Below are positions 17,207-26,700 of a stretch of 64,000 nt of DNA, piece after piece (the first letter of the stretch is position 1; every line of letters starts with the position of its first letter). The DNA lies in assembly GCA_041661105.1 (NCBI GenBank), contig JBAZVB010000002.1, positions 299,865 to 363,864 of the forward strand, given 5' to 3'. The translations under genes and the position numbers were made by a program. The stretch is from Patescibacteria group bacterium (lineage in GTDB: Bacteria; Patescibacteriota; Patescibacteriia; 2-12-FULL-60-25). The notes under the pieces are model-generated. The model was not told where the DNA came from, made no database searches, and was given only the letters and a program-made list of their open reading frames with translations.

Positions 17207-19789
17207 ATGAACCTCCTAGTCTCCTACGATTGGCTGAAAGAATACGTCAGCCTTAAAGAAAAGCCCGAAGATTTCGCGGCGCGGATTTCGCTTTCTGGTC
17301 CGTCCGTGGAAAAGATTCTGCCGCTCTATTCGGAACTCGACGGGATCGTGGTCGGAGCAGTCCGGTCACTTAAGCCGCACCCCCAGGCGGATAAACTTCA
17401 GGTCGTGTCCGTCGATATAGGACGCACAGGACGCGAAGGACGTTCAGGACTCTTGTCGTTAGTCTGTGGCGGATCAAATCTTTATGTAGGACAAAAAGTC
17501 GCCGTGGCCCTTGTTGGCGCTAAAGTCAGATGGCATGGTCAAGGAGATTTGATTGAGCTTAAGCCGGCCTTAATCCGCGGCGTCAAAAGCGAGGGCATGA
17601 TTTGTGCGGCGAGTGAAATTGGTTTGGGCGAGGCTTTCCCACACGAAGAACGCGAGATTTTGGATTTGGGTAAAGAAATACCAGAGATGGACGTCGAGCC
17701 AGGCACCCCGCTATCGGATGCTTTGGGTGGCAAGGACGACGTGGCCATGGATATTGAAGTTACCAGCAACCGTCCTGATTGTATGGGTATGGTTGGCATG
17801 GCTCGCGAAGCCTCAGCGATTTTGAAACAGCCTTTTAAGTGGAAAGAGCCAAGCCTAAATTCAAAATTCAAAATTCAAAATTCAAAATCAGGACGCGGGA
17901 CGACGGGTGTGAAAGTTACCATCGACGCTAAGAAAGCTTGTTCACGCTACATTGGAGTCAGAATCGACAACGTGAAGGTCAAAAAGTCACCTTGGTGGCT
18001 CAAACGTCGCTTAATGTCGGCCGGTATCCGTCCCATTAATAATCTCGTGGATATCACAAATTACGTCATGCTCGAAACGGGTCAGCCGATGCACGTGTTC
18101 GACGCGGCTAAGCTACGTCGTCATCCTGAACTTGTTTCAGGATCTAAGACACGTAACACGGAGATGCTGAAACAAGTTCAGCATGACACACCACCGGAGA
18201 TCCGCGTGCGATTCGCACGGACGGGGGAGAGGATAATGGCTTTGGATGGTAAGACTTATCAGTTGGACGATAAGATTTTGGTGATTGCTGATGCCGAGCG
18301 TCCGGTAGCCATTGCTGGCGTGATGGGAGGAGAACAGACCGGAGCTGACGAAAAGACAACCAACATCGTGCTCGAAGCCGCGACTTTTGATCTAGTCATC
18401 GTTCGCAAAGGTTCACGCAAGATTAATTTGCAATCAGATTCGCAACTGCGTTTTGAAAAAGGTTTGTCCCAGATGGCCCCGCCTTCAGCCATGGCACGAG
18501 CGATTGAGTTGGTCTTGGAATTAGCCGGAGGTCAGATTGTCGGCACACCGGCTGACGTTATGCCCGCCGCCTATAAACCTCTGTCATATTCCGTCACGAC
18601 GGATGAGGTAAATGGTTTGATTGGCATTGAAGTTAAAAAGACTGAAATGGTGGATGTGCTCAAACGCCTGGGTTTTGGAGTCAAAGTTACCGGTAAACAC
18701 ATCAAAGCCACTGTCCCATGGTGGCGTGATCATGATATTGAAATGGGACGCGACTTGGTTGAGGAAATCGCCCGCGTCATTGGTTATGCCAGCATCCCTT
18801 CGATTGTGCCTATCGCCGTCGCGCCTCGTGAGACTGATCCGGTTATCAAATGGGAGGATCGCCTCAAAGACGTGGCTAAAGCGGCGGGTTACACGGAGGT
18901 TTTTAGTTGGTCTTTCGTGTCAGAGGATTTGTTGCGCAAGGCCAGTTATGACCCGGCTCATCTTTTGCGCCTCCAGAATCCTTTGTCTAACGACTGGCTG
19001 GTCATGCGTCCCTCGCTTATGCCTGGCATGTTGCAGGCTGTGGCGGATAATCAAGAACGCGAAAAAGATCTTCATCTTTTTGAGTGCTCAAATGTTTACA
19101 TTCGTCCCACGTCCCACGTCCCACGTCCTACGGAAAGGACGATCAGGACGAAGGACGATCAGGACGTTTGGTCTGACCTGCCGGATGAAGTGCCGGAGTT
19201 TACGCTCATGATTCGCGAGGCGGATAATCAAGATCCTTGGCGCAAGGCCAAAGGATTCGTTGAACATCTTTTCGAGGAGTATGGCATCGGCGAGGTGCAT
19301 TGGAAGCGCGTCTCACGTGACGCGGTTTGGCATCCCGGTCGCACGGCCCAGGCTTTTAGCGGCGATAAGCTGTTGGCCACGGTCGGGGAGATCGGTCCGC
19401 AGATGTCCGAAGCCTTTAAGATCAAGGGTCGAGTTGGCGCAGCCGTGGTTAACATTCGTGAGTTCATCTCTTTTGCCAAAATTTCCAAAGCCTATGTGCC
19501 GCCCACGCCTTATCCCGAGGCTAAGCGCGATTTAGCATTGGTTGTCGATCGGAATGTCGATTATCGTGAACTGGAATTGGCCATCCTCCGCGCGGATGAA
19601 CGTATCTTAAAAGTTGAATGGTTTGATACTTACGCCGGCAAGGGGATTGTTGACAACAAAAAATCAGTGGCCATGCATTTGACTATCGGCTCACGCGAAA
19701 AAACCCTCGAAAGCTCTGAGGTGGATGGCGTGCTGGAAGATGCGGTTTTAGCTTGTAAGGAAAAGTTCAAGGCAGAAGTAAGAGGATAA
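17207..19789 (+). CDS. pheT: Phenylalanine--tRNA ligase beta subunit, carrying several repeat-derived in-frame inserts
   Basis: N-terminal MNLLVSYDWLKEYV, tRNA-binding domain, and B3/4, B5 and anticodon-binding-like regions. At 860 aa it is longer than I would expect for PheT, which I attribute to the inserts. Confidence 0.95.
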   Translation: MNLLVSYDWLKEYVSLKEKPEDFAARISLSGPSVEKILPLYSELDGIVVGAVRSLKPHPQADKLQVVSVDIGRTGREGRSGLLSLVCGGSNLYVGQKVAVALVGAKVRWHGQGDLIELKPALIRGVKSEGMICAASEIGLGEAFPHEEREILDLGKEIPEMDVEPGTPLSDALGGKDDVAMDIEVTSNRPDCMGMVGMAREASAILKQPFKWKEPSLNSKFKIQNSKSGRGTTGVKVTIDAKKACSRYIGVRIDNVKVKKSPWWLKRRLMSAGIRPINNLVDITNYVMLETGQPMHVFDAAKLRRHPELVSGSKTRNTEMLKQVQHDTPPEIRVRFARTGERIMALDGKTYQLDDKILVIADAERPVAIAGVMGGEQTGADEKTTNIVLEAATFDLVIVRKGSRKINLQSDSQLRFEKGLSQMAPPSAMARAIELVLELAGGQIVGTPADVMPAAYKPLSYSVTTDEVNGLIGIEVKKTEMVDVLKRLGFGVKVTGKHIKATVPWWRDHDIEMGRDLVEEIARVIGYASIPSIVPIAVAPRETDPVIKWEDRLKDVAKAAGYTEVFSWSFVSEDLLRKASYDPAHLLRLQNPLSNDWLVMRPSLMPGMLQAVADNQEREKDLHLFECSNVYIRPTSHVPRPTERTIRTKDDQDVWSDLPDEVPEFTLMIREADNQDPWRKAKGFVEHLFEEYGIGEVHWKRVSRDAVWHPGRTAQAFSGDKLLATVGEIGPQMSEAFKIKGRVGAAVVNIREFISFAKISKAYVPPTPYPEAKRDLALVVDRNVDYRELELAILRADERILKVEWFDTYAGKGIVDNKKSVAMHLTIGSREKTLESSEVDGVLEDAVLACKEKFKAEVRG
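18120..18187. repeat. Full gtcatcctgaac...ttcagcatgac element inside the pheT reading frame
   Basis: gtcatcctgaacttgtttcaggatc...gagatgctgaaacaagttcagcatgac, translated in frame as HPELVSGSKTRNTEMLKQVQHD. Confidence 0.85.
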
Positions 19790-19828
19790 AAAAGTAGAGA
19801 CGTCCCGTGGGACGTCTCTACTTTTTTA
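19789..19828. terminator. Bidirectional intrinsic terminator between pheT and the convergent gene
   Basis: aaaaagtagagacgtccc..gggacgtctctactttttt: a 13-bp perfect stem flanked by an A-run and a T-run. Confidence 0.8.
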
Positions 19829-20101
19829 TAACCCGTCAACTTCTTTTTTACCGGCCGCCAGTTCGCGGACTTGTTCTTTGTCGAGTCCGAGCAAGAGAGC
19901 CTGAAATTCTCCAACGTGAGTCTTTTCTTCCTTGGCAATTTCCATCAGGACTTTTTTGATTTTGGTTGACTTTGACTTAGCCGCGAACTGCTCGTAAAGA
20001 TTAACTGCATCCAGCTCGGCGATGATAGCCGCCCGCAGGATTTCTTTATCTATGTTCTGTTGCGGAACTTTACTTAAATCGATGGGGAGGGAAGACATCA
20101 T
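19826..20101 (-). CDS. Small ferritin-like protein resembling encapsulated ferritin (EncFtn/rubrerythrin-like)
   Basis: IIAELDAVNLYEQF and IAKEEKTHVGEF match the ELxAVxxYxQ and EExxHxxE metal-site helices of EncFtn-type proteins, as I recall them. Confidence 0.55.
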   Translation of the reverse strand: MMSSLPIDLSKVPQQNIDKEILRAAIIAELDAVNLYEQFAAKSKSTKIKKVLMEIAKEEKTHVGEFQALLLGLDKEQVRELAAGKKEVDGL

Positions 20102-20240
20102 AGAAAATTAACAATTAACAATTAACAATTAAGAATGTCAGAAACAGTATACCTTATCCTGCCAAGATTGACACAGCCTGTAATCAGGGGTAAAAATCGG
20201 TGGTTGTTGAGGTTGTTGTTCCGTCACAATTGGAGGTTCC

Positions 20241-21107
20241 ATGGAAACCAGGAAGATCGCGTTGGCTTGTTTCATCGGCGGAGCGCTTTGCTCTCTCGTC
20301 GCGTTGCTCTTCGCGCCGGCCTTTTGGTGGCTCGGCCTGATCGCCGGCTTTGTCGGCGGCTATCTAGCCTACGATTTCCGCGAGGTGCCCCGAGCAGTTC
20401 CCAAAGCCGCGCAGGCAGTGGGTGAGGTCGTTGCTGAAGAATGGTCTGATGTCAAAAAGTCGCTGGTCAGACCGCGGCCGATCATTTATGCGGCAACACT
20501 TTTGACAGTAACCATAGGCATCGCCTGCTGGCCTTCGTGGCGCAACCATATGACGGGTGATGCAGTAGGATTCGCATACATCGTCCTGATGGGCTTCGCA
20601 TGGTGTGCCGTATCCTTGTTTCTGATGTTTCTTTTGAAGATGGGGGTAGAAGCAGAACGGTGCTTCTTTGTCTGGCCCTCTGATAAAGGCATAGGGTACA
20701 ATTGGTACCAGAAAGAGCTCGAGAAAGGATTCACGGAAAAACCTTACACCTACGCCAATGCCTACTGGTGGATCGCTCGAGGACTAGACATCTGTCTCCC
20801 TACAGCCATTACCTTCCTACTCTGTGACATGTGGATGTACCTGGCGATCGGTATCGGCTACGGCTGCTACTACTTCGGCCTGTTCTGCCGGGAACTCTTC
20901 GAACTCATCCATTCGCACAAGCGTCTGCTCTGCGCCATCGATTGTGCGATTGGCGGAGCCATGAGCTACCTCCTACTCGCCAGGTCCGCGCACACGCTGG
21001 GCGCGCAAGTCGCGCTCGTCCTCTTCGGCGGCTTGCTCGGCGCCGGCCTCGGCGTCCTGAACTGGGAGGTTGTCTCCAAGCGCCTCCTGCACGTTGCCAA
21101 GAGCTAG
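20241..21107 (+). CDS. GC-rich multi-pass membrane protein, unknown function
   Basis: TTGACA-17-TAAAAT promoter at about 20169-20198 and a GGAGG RBS. Several TM segments. Visibly higher GC than the flanks. Confidence 0.6.
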   Translation: METRKIALACFIGGALCSLVALLFAPAFWWLGLIAGFVGGYLAYDFREVPRAVPKAAQAVGEVVAEEWSDVKKSLVRPRPIIYAATLLTVTIGIACWPSWRNHMTGDAVGFAYIVLMGFAWCAVSLFLMFLLKMGVEAERCFFVWPSDKGIGYNWYQKELEKGFTEKPYTYANAYWWIARGLDICLPTAITFLLCDMWMYLAIGIGYGCYYFGLFCRELFELIHSHKRLLCAIDCAIGGAMSYLLLARSAHTLGAQVALVLFGGLLGAGLGVLNWEVVSKRLLHVAKS

Positions 21108-21176
21108 GCGCAACTTGCCGACTATTCCTCCGCCCGATCCCAAGTGACCGGGCTCTTTTTTTTGCGCTAATGCGCT

Positions 21177-21274
21177 CCTACGAATTACTAATTTGTCGCG
21201 AATATACGAATTTTTTGTTGAAGAGTCTATTCGTAAATTTGTATATTCGTATGAAGCCATTCGTAATTCGTAGG
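21177..21274. repeat. ACGAAT-word hairpin element (homologous to 54595..54688)
   Basis: cctacgaattactaatttgtcgcgaatatacgaat ... attcgtaaatttgtatattcgtatgaagccattcgtaattcgtagg. Confidence 0.8.
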
Positions 21275-21308
21275 GTATATTCCATGTTATGTGCTATACT
21301 CTTCTTAT

Positions 21309-21647
21309 ATGGATCTCGCCTCATCACAAGCATTTTTCTGGCTCGCATTCGGCGTTGCGCTTTTCGGCGTTGCAGCTTTTATTTGTTGGTGCCTTTTCGA
21401 AATCGCCAGGTTACTGCGTCAAAGCAACGAAGTTGTGGAACATACTCGGGAAGTCGTCGGCGGCATTGAAGAGGATGTGGCCCACGCCAGGGAGAAACTA
21501 GGTGGTGTCTTAGGCGCTTTGGGTGGCATCGCGGCCGCGGCCAAGGGTCTGTCATCATTTGTCCACAGCGCCAAAGAATCAACCAAGGGTCCAAAGACCA
21601 CGAAGAAACGTTTCAATAAGTTATTGGACGAAGAGGAGGAAGAGTAA
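21309..21647 (+). CDS. DUF948-like membrane-anchored coiled-coil protein
   Basis: One N-terminal TM segment followed by a helical region, then a Lys-rich tail ending in an acidic EEEEE run. The extended -10 tgtgctatact ends 8 nt before this ATG. The ORF-track start at 21291 lies within that -10. Confidence 0.5.
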   Translation: MDLASSQAFFWLAFGVALFGVAAFICWCLFEIARLLRQSNEVVEHTREVVGGIEEDVAHAREKLGGVLGALGGIAAAAKGLSSFVHSAKESTKGPKTTKKRFNKLLDEEEEE

Positions 21648-21700
21648 TCAACTTGGCAGCCTGTTGACCACCCGTTAAGATACGGGTGATTTAATTATAT

Positions 21701-22942
21701 ATGTCAAATCCTTATAGATTCCCAGCGGAAGGTGTAATCAATACTCCTCGAGTCGAGCGCGACTGGAGAGACTATGCCCTGAAAGAGCGGCTAGATTCGG
21801 TCGATATGACGGTCGTGGACGATCGCAGCCACAAGCTGCGGGACGGGAATTATTGTTTTGTAGGCGATCGCGAAATAAATCCGCATACGAAAAAAGCGCA
21901 TAGCAAGTTCGATATTTGCCAAGCCATCGGACCAAGGTTGGAAAAACAGCAAAGTATCGAATTGGAGGGTGTGGATAGTATCAGTTGTATCACGCAGAGC
22001 AAGCAGGGTGATATTTTTATGGCCGGGCGTAAGGGAGGGGAGTTCGTCTCATATCCCGCTCCCGACGGAAGAGGCCTTACTGCAATCCTTGAGGGATCGG
22101 GACTTTTCATAGGCATCCTTCAGGATGTAAAAGGCCAATATGCCCCAAAACAAAACATCGAAGGCCTTGGGGGAAGGGGATTCGGTGGCATCTGTGAACT
22201 GAAAAACCATGAAATTGTAACCGCGACCAACGGGATTTTTGATGTTTATGGCATTACGGCAGAGGGGTTTACTCGTGTCGACTCAATTCGTCGGCCGCCT
22301 ATAAGCATCGTGACTGAAGGAAAAGAGAGCAGAGAACGCCTGGATGTAGACGCGGAAGGCGTGAGTAATATTTTTCCATTATCAGATGCTAATTTTGCGG
22401 CCATTTATGATAGACGATACTCGCATCATTCTGATAAAGATGTGGAGGATAAAATCTTAAAAGAGGGCAATTTCGGGTCGATTGTGGTCTATGCGCCAAA
22501 AGAGGGACATTACGCACCATCCCAGAAAATTGATTTGGAATTAGAAGATATGGATAGCGCCATGCAACTTAAAGATGGTACCTTGGCCGTCTGCGGTGAG
22601 GCTATAAAAAAGCCAGGGCACCCAAATCACCCACAAGAAGTAGCCCATTCCACTATGCGGTTATGGGGTCCGACGGAACAAGGTGGTTTGGAACTTAAGC
22701 AAGAAATTCGTAACGAGTTATTGGAAAAAGTCGATAGCTTGATAGAGACGTTTGATGGGCATCTGGTGACGGCCGGCGATTGGATTGTTATCTGGGAAAA
22801 AGCTGAGGGCAAATATAGGCCTGTCCATACCATAAAACCTGAAGTAGATAAAAAAAGCTTTGGAAAAGTTAAGGTCCAGGAGGCCGCAAACCATGATTTG
22901 GTCGTGAGGGGACGGGATGGGAAGGTTACGGTTTGGGGATAG
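21701..22942 (+). CDS. Hypothetical protein, possibly beta-propeller-like
   Basis: 413-aa ORF. Repetitive G-x-hydrophobic patterns ending ..DGKVTVWG. No confident domain. Confidence 0.5.
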   Translation: MSNPYRFPAEGVINTPRVERDWRDYALKERLDSVDMTVVDDRSHKLRDGNYCFVGDREINPHTKKAHSKFDICQAIGPRLEKQQSIELEGVDSISCITQSKQGDIFMAGRKGGEFVSYPAPDGRGLTAILEGSGLFIGILQDVKGQYAPKQNIEGLGGRGFGGICELKNHEIVTATNGIFDVYGITAEGFTRVDSIRRPPISIVTEGKESRERLDVDAEGVSNIFPLSDANFAAIYDRRYSHHSDKDVEDKILKEGNFGSIVVYAPKEGHYAPSQKIDLELEDMDSAMQLKDGTLAVCGEAIKKPGHPNHPQEVAHSTMRLWGPTEQGGLELKQEIRNELLEKVDSLIETFDGHLVTAGDWIVIWEKAEGKYRPVHTIKPEVDKKSFGKVKVQEAANHDLVVRGRDGKVTVWG

Positions 22943-23042
22943 TGAGTATCGGCAAAAACTTGGCAGGCCGGTGCCCACCCGTTAAGATACGGAGAGTTTA
23001 CAACTTATCCGCAGGCTTTATGCCGTCAGCGGAATCACGCAT

Positions 23043-23714
23043 ATGCAAGAAGGTAATTGGCGGGAACAACTAATAAAGGAAACGGCTGTAATCGCATATA
23101 TAGATTTGGCTAACGTATTCAATTGGCGAAAAACTTTAAAATGGCAGATTCGGATAGAGGATATGATTCGGAGCATATGGGCGTTTCCGGCAGTTAAAGA
23201 GATAAAGGTGTATTACGGGACAAATGACCGTGAACCGGAAAAATCAAAGGCACTGCATAATAGAATCCGTAAAGCGGGGGCTATATTACGCACGAAACCG
23301 GTGAAATATATTCGTAAAACCATTGACGAATCTTTTTTTGTCAGAAAATCAACTTTAAAATCATTTACTCCAGAGGCTACAACTTTAGTTCAAAATATCG
23401 TTTCGGCAGTCCAATCCAGCGGTTCGGTGATAGAGGAACGGAAGTGTAATTTTGATGTCGAAATGGCAATGGAGATGCTGGATGATATGGATCGTGTCTC
23501 GGCTGTCATGTTACTTTCCGGAGACTCTGACTTCTTTGCTCCTTTGGAAAGGTTGAAAATAAAAAATAGGCGAATATATATTGTCGGAGTACGCGGTCAG
23601 GTAGCAAAAGAATTGTTTGACATAAAAGATGTGTTTATCGATTTTGGAAAATTATACACTGGTAAAAGAACCGCTCTAGAAAGCGAAAATCCCGCTTTTG
23701 GCGGGACCGCGTGA
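23043..23714 (+). CDS. NYN-domain (LabA/DUF88-like) putative ribonuclease
   Basis: AYIDLANV..., CNFDVEMAMEML and LLSGDSDFFAPLERLK fit the NYN/LabA acidic motifs. Confidence 0.7.
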   Translation: MQEGNWREQLIKETAVIAYIDLANVFNWRKTLKWQIRIEDMIRSIWAFPAVKEIKVYYGTNDREPEKSKALHNRIRKAGAILRTKPVKYIRKTIDESFFVRKSTLKSFTPEATTLVQNIVSAVQSSGSVIEERKCNFDVEMAMEMLDDMDRVSAVMLLSGDSDFFAPLERLKIKNRRIYIVGVRGQVAKELFDIKDVFIDFGKLYTGKRTALESENPAFGGTA

Positions 23715-23770
23715 TTTGTAGCGTTTCCACTACGATACTAGCATAACATAAGAATCGGTGTAGTCAAAAT

Positions 23771-26700
23771 ATGCTTGAGGATAAAGATGAAATACAGCGT
23801 AATAAAGCCCCCTTCGTCCACCTTCACGTCCACTCCATGTATTCGCTTTCGGATGCCATGGGTGATGTGGATGAAGTTGTTAAGTCTGCTAAGGCCAAAG
23901 GTTTTGATACTATTGCTCTGACAGATCATGGTGCGCTCTACGGCACAATTGAATTCTACGAAGCGGCGCAGAAAGAGGGGATAAAGCCTATTATCGGGCT
24001 TGAAGCCAACATTGCGCCTAACCTTTTGACTGACAGGCGTCCCCGCATTGATGATTGGACCTATCATTTGACGTTATTGGTTGAAACGCATGAAGGCTAC
24101 CAAAATTTGCTCAAGCTCGTCTCTATTTCGTATTTGGATGGTTTTTATTATAAGCCGCGCATGGATAAAAATATCCTGCGCCAATACCACCAAGGTTTGA
24201 TCGCGCTCTCCGGCTGTATGAAGGGGCAGATACCCAAAGCATGCCAGGAGAAGGATTTGGTAAAGGCAGAAGCGGCCCTGCGTGAATATCAGGATATTTT
24301 TGGTGTGGATAACTTCTTTTTGGAGCTGGTCCACCACCCGGAGTCACCGACCCAAATTGATATCAATCAGAACTTGATTAGGCTCTCCCAAAAGACCGGC
24401 GCGCCTCTAGTGGCTACAAAAGATGTTCATTATATAGATGAGGATGATGCCGAGGCTCAAGACGCTCTCCAATGTATCCACGCCGGCAAGTTGATTTCCG
24501 ATACTAACCGTTTTACGATCAGGACCATGGATCATTCCATGGTCAGCGCCGATGTCATGATCCAGGCTTTTGCTGACGTGCCGGAGGCGATCGAAAACAC
24601 GCGTAAGATCGCGGATCGTTGCAATGTCAAACTCGAACTGGGTAAAAATTTGCTCCCCAAGTTCGATGTGCCGGAAGGTGAGACTGAGATGTCCTATTTA
24701 CGCAAATTATCGAGGCAAGGCCTGGTCGAACGTTATGGAAACGAACCGACGACCGAAGCTAAAGAACGCATGGAGTTCGAGCTTTCAGTCGTTGAGCGCA
24801 TGGGTTTCTCCGGATACTTTTTAATCGTGCATGATTATGTGAACTGGGCTAAAGACCATGGTGTGATCGTAGGTCCTGGCCGCGGTTCGGGCGCGGGTTC
24901 GATCATGGCTTATGCGCTTAAGATTACCAACCTGGATCCGTTGCATTATGGTTTGCTGTTCGAGCGTTTCCTCAATCCAGACCGCATCAGCATGCCTGAT
25001 TTTGATATGGATTTCGACGACGTCCGGCGCAAGGACGTGATTGAATATGTGACAAAAAAATACGGGGCAGATCGTGTGGCCGGCATTATCACTTTTGGAA
25101 CCATGGCCGCTCGGGCCGCGGTGCGCGATGTCGGTCGCGTGCTTGGCTGGACGTTCCAGGAAGTTGATCGCGTGGCCAAAGTCATACCGCCGCCCGTGCA
25201 AGGCAAGAACATACCCATCCATATTTCGCGCAAGGAAAATCCCGAGCTTAAGGCGTTGGATGAAACTGACCCGCGCGTCACGCAATTACTTGACCTGGCT
25301 TCAAGGCTCGAAGGTACTTCGCGCCATGCCAGCCAACATGCCTGCGGCATCGTGATTGCGCCCGGCGCTTTAGTCGAATATGCTCCGCTTCAGAAAGCGC
25401 AGGGCGGCGATGTGGAGCAAGTCATCCAATATTCCTTGCATCCGTGCGAGGCGGTCGGGCTGTTGAAGATGGACTTTCTTGGCCTTTCCAACCTGACGAT
25501 TATTCGCGAATGTCTGGAAATTATTGAAGCCGTGCATGGCGATCAGATCAACTTGGATTATATACCGTTGGATGATGAACAAACTTTTGAACTATTAGGC
25601 AGGGCGGAGACTACGGGCGTCTTTCAGTTGGAATCCGACGGCATGAAGCGGTATATCCGCGAGCTCCGTCCCTCGTGCATCGACGACATCATCGCCATGG
25701 TGGCCCTTTACCGCCCCGGCCCCATGCAATTCATAGATTCGTTTATCGCCCGCAAACATGGCAAAGAGAAAATCGTCTACGCCCACCCGTTGACGGAAAA
25801 CGCGCTTAAAAGCACTTACGGCATTCCGGTCTATCAGGAACAGGTCATGCAAGTCTCAAAAGATATGGCCGGGTTTACGGGTGGCCAGGCCGATACGTTG
25901 CGTAAGGCTATGGGCAAGAAGATTGCCAAGCTCATGGCAGAGATGCGGGAAAAGTTTATAAACGGGTCAGTGAAAAACGGGGTGGAACAATCCATCGCTG
26001 AATCTGTTTTTACCCAGTTTGAGGAATTCGCGGCCTACGGTTTTTGCAAGTCGCACGCGGCCTGCTACGCCATGATCGCTTACCAAACGGCTTACCTCAA
26101 ATCCCGTTATCCTGAATGTTTCATGGCAGCGCTTTTGAATTCCGACAGTTTAAACATGGACCGCGTGACTATCGAAGTTGAAGAATGCCGTCGCATGGGC
26201 ATAAACGTCCTTCCGCCCGACGTCAATGAATCTTTTGCCGGTTTTTCAGTTATCAAGAGCACTGTCCAGCCCTCGCCGGAACGCAAGGCTGGCCAGCGCG
26301 GGACGATTCGTTTTGGTTTGCTGGCCATCAAGGGTTTGGGCAATGACGTTGTTGAATATATTATCCATGAGAGAAAGCAGAACGGGCAGTATAAAGATTT
26401 GGCTGATTTCGTAAAGCGCGTGCAGGGCAAATACATCAACAAGAAGTCTTTGGAATCCCTGGTCCGTTCCGGAGCCATGGATCGTTTTGGAGACCGCGGT
26501 CAGTTGTTTTATAACATAGAAAATATCTTGGATTTCCATCGCCAAGCGGAGCGCGAGGTTCAGTCCGGCCAATTCAACCTTTTCGCGACGTCAGCTCAAA
26601 GTCCGGCCGCGGGTTTGAATCTCAAGCCTTCCCCAATGGTTACGCCGCAGGAAAAACTCAAGTGGGAAAAAGAGCTGCTTGGTTTGTACGTCTCGGAGCA

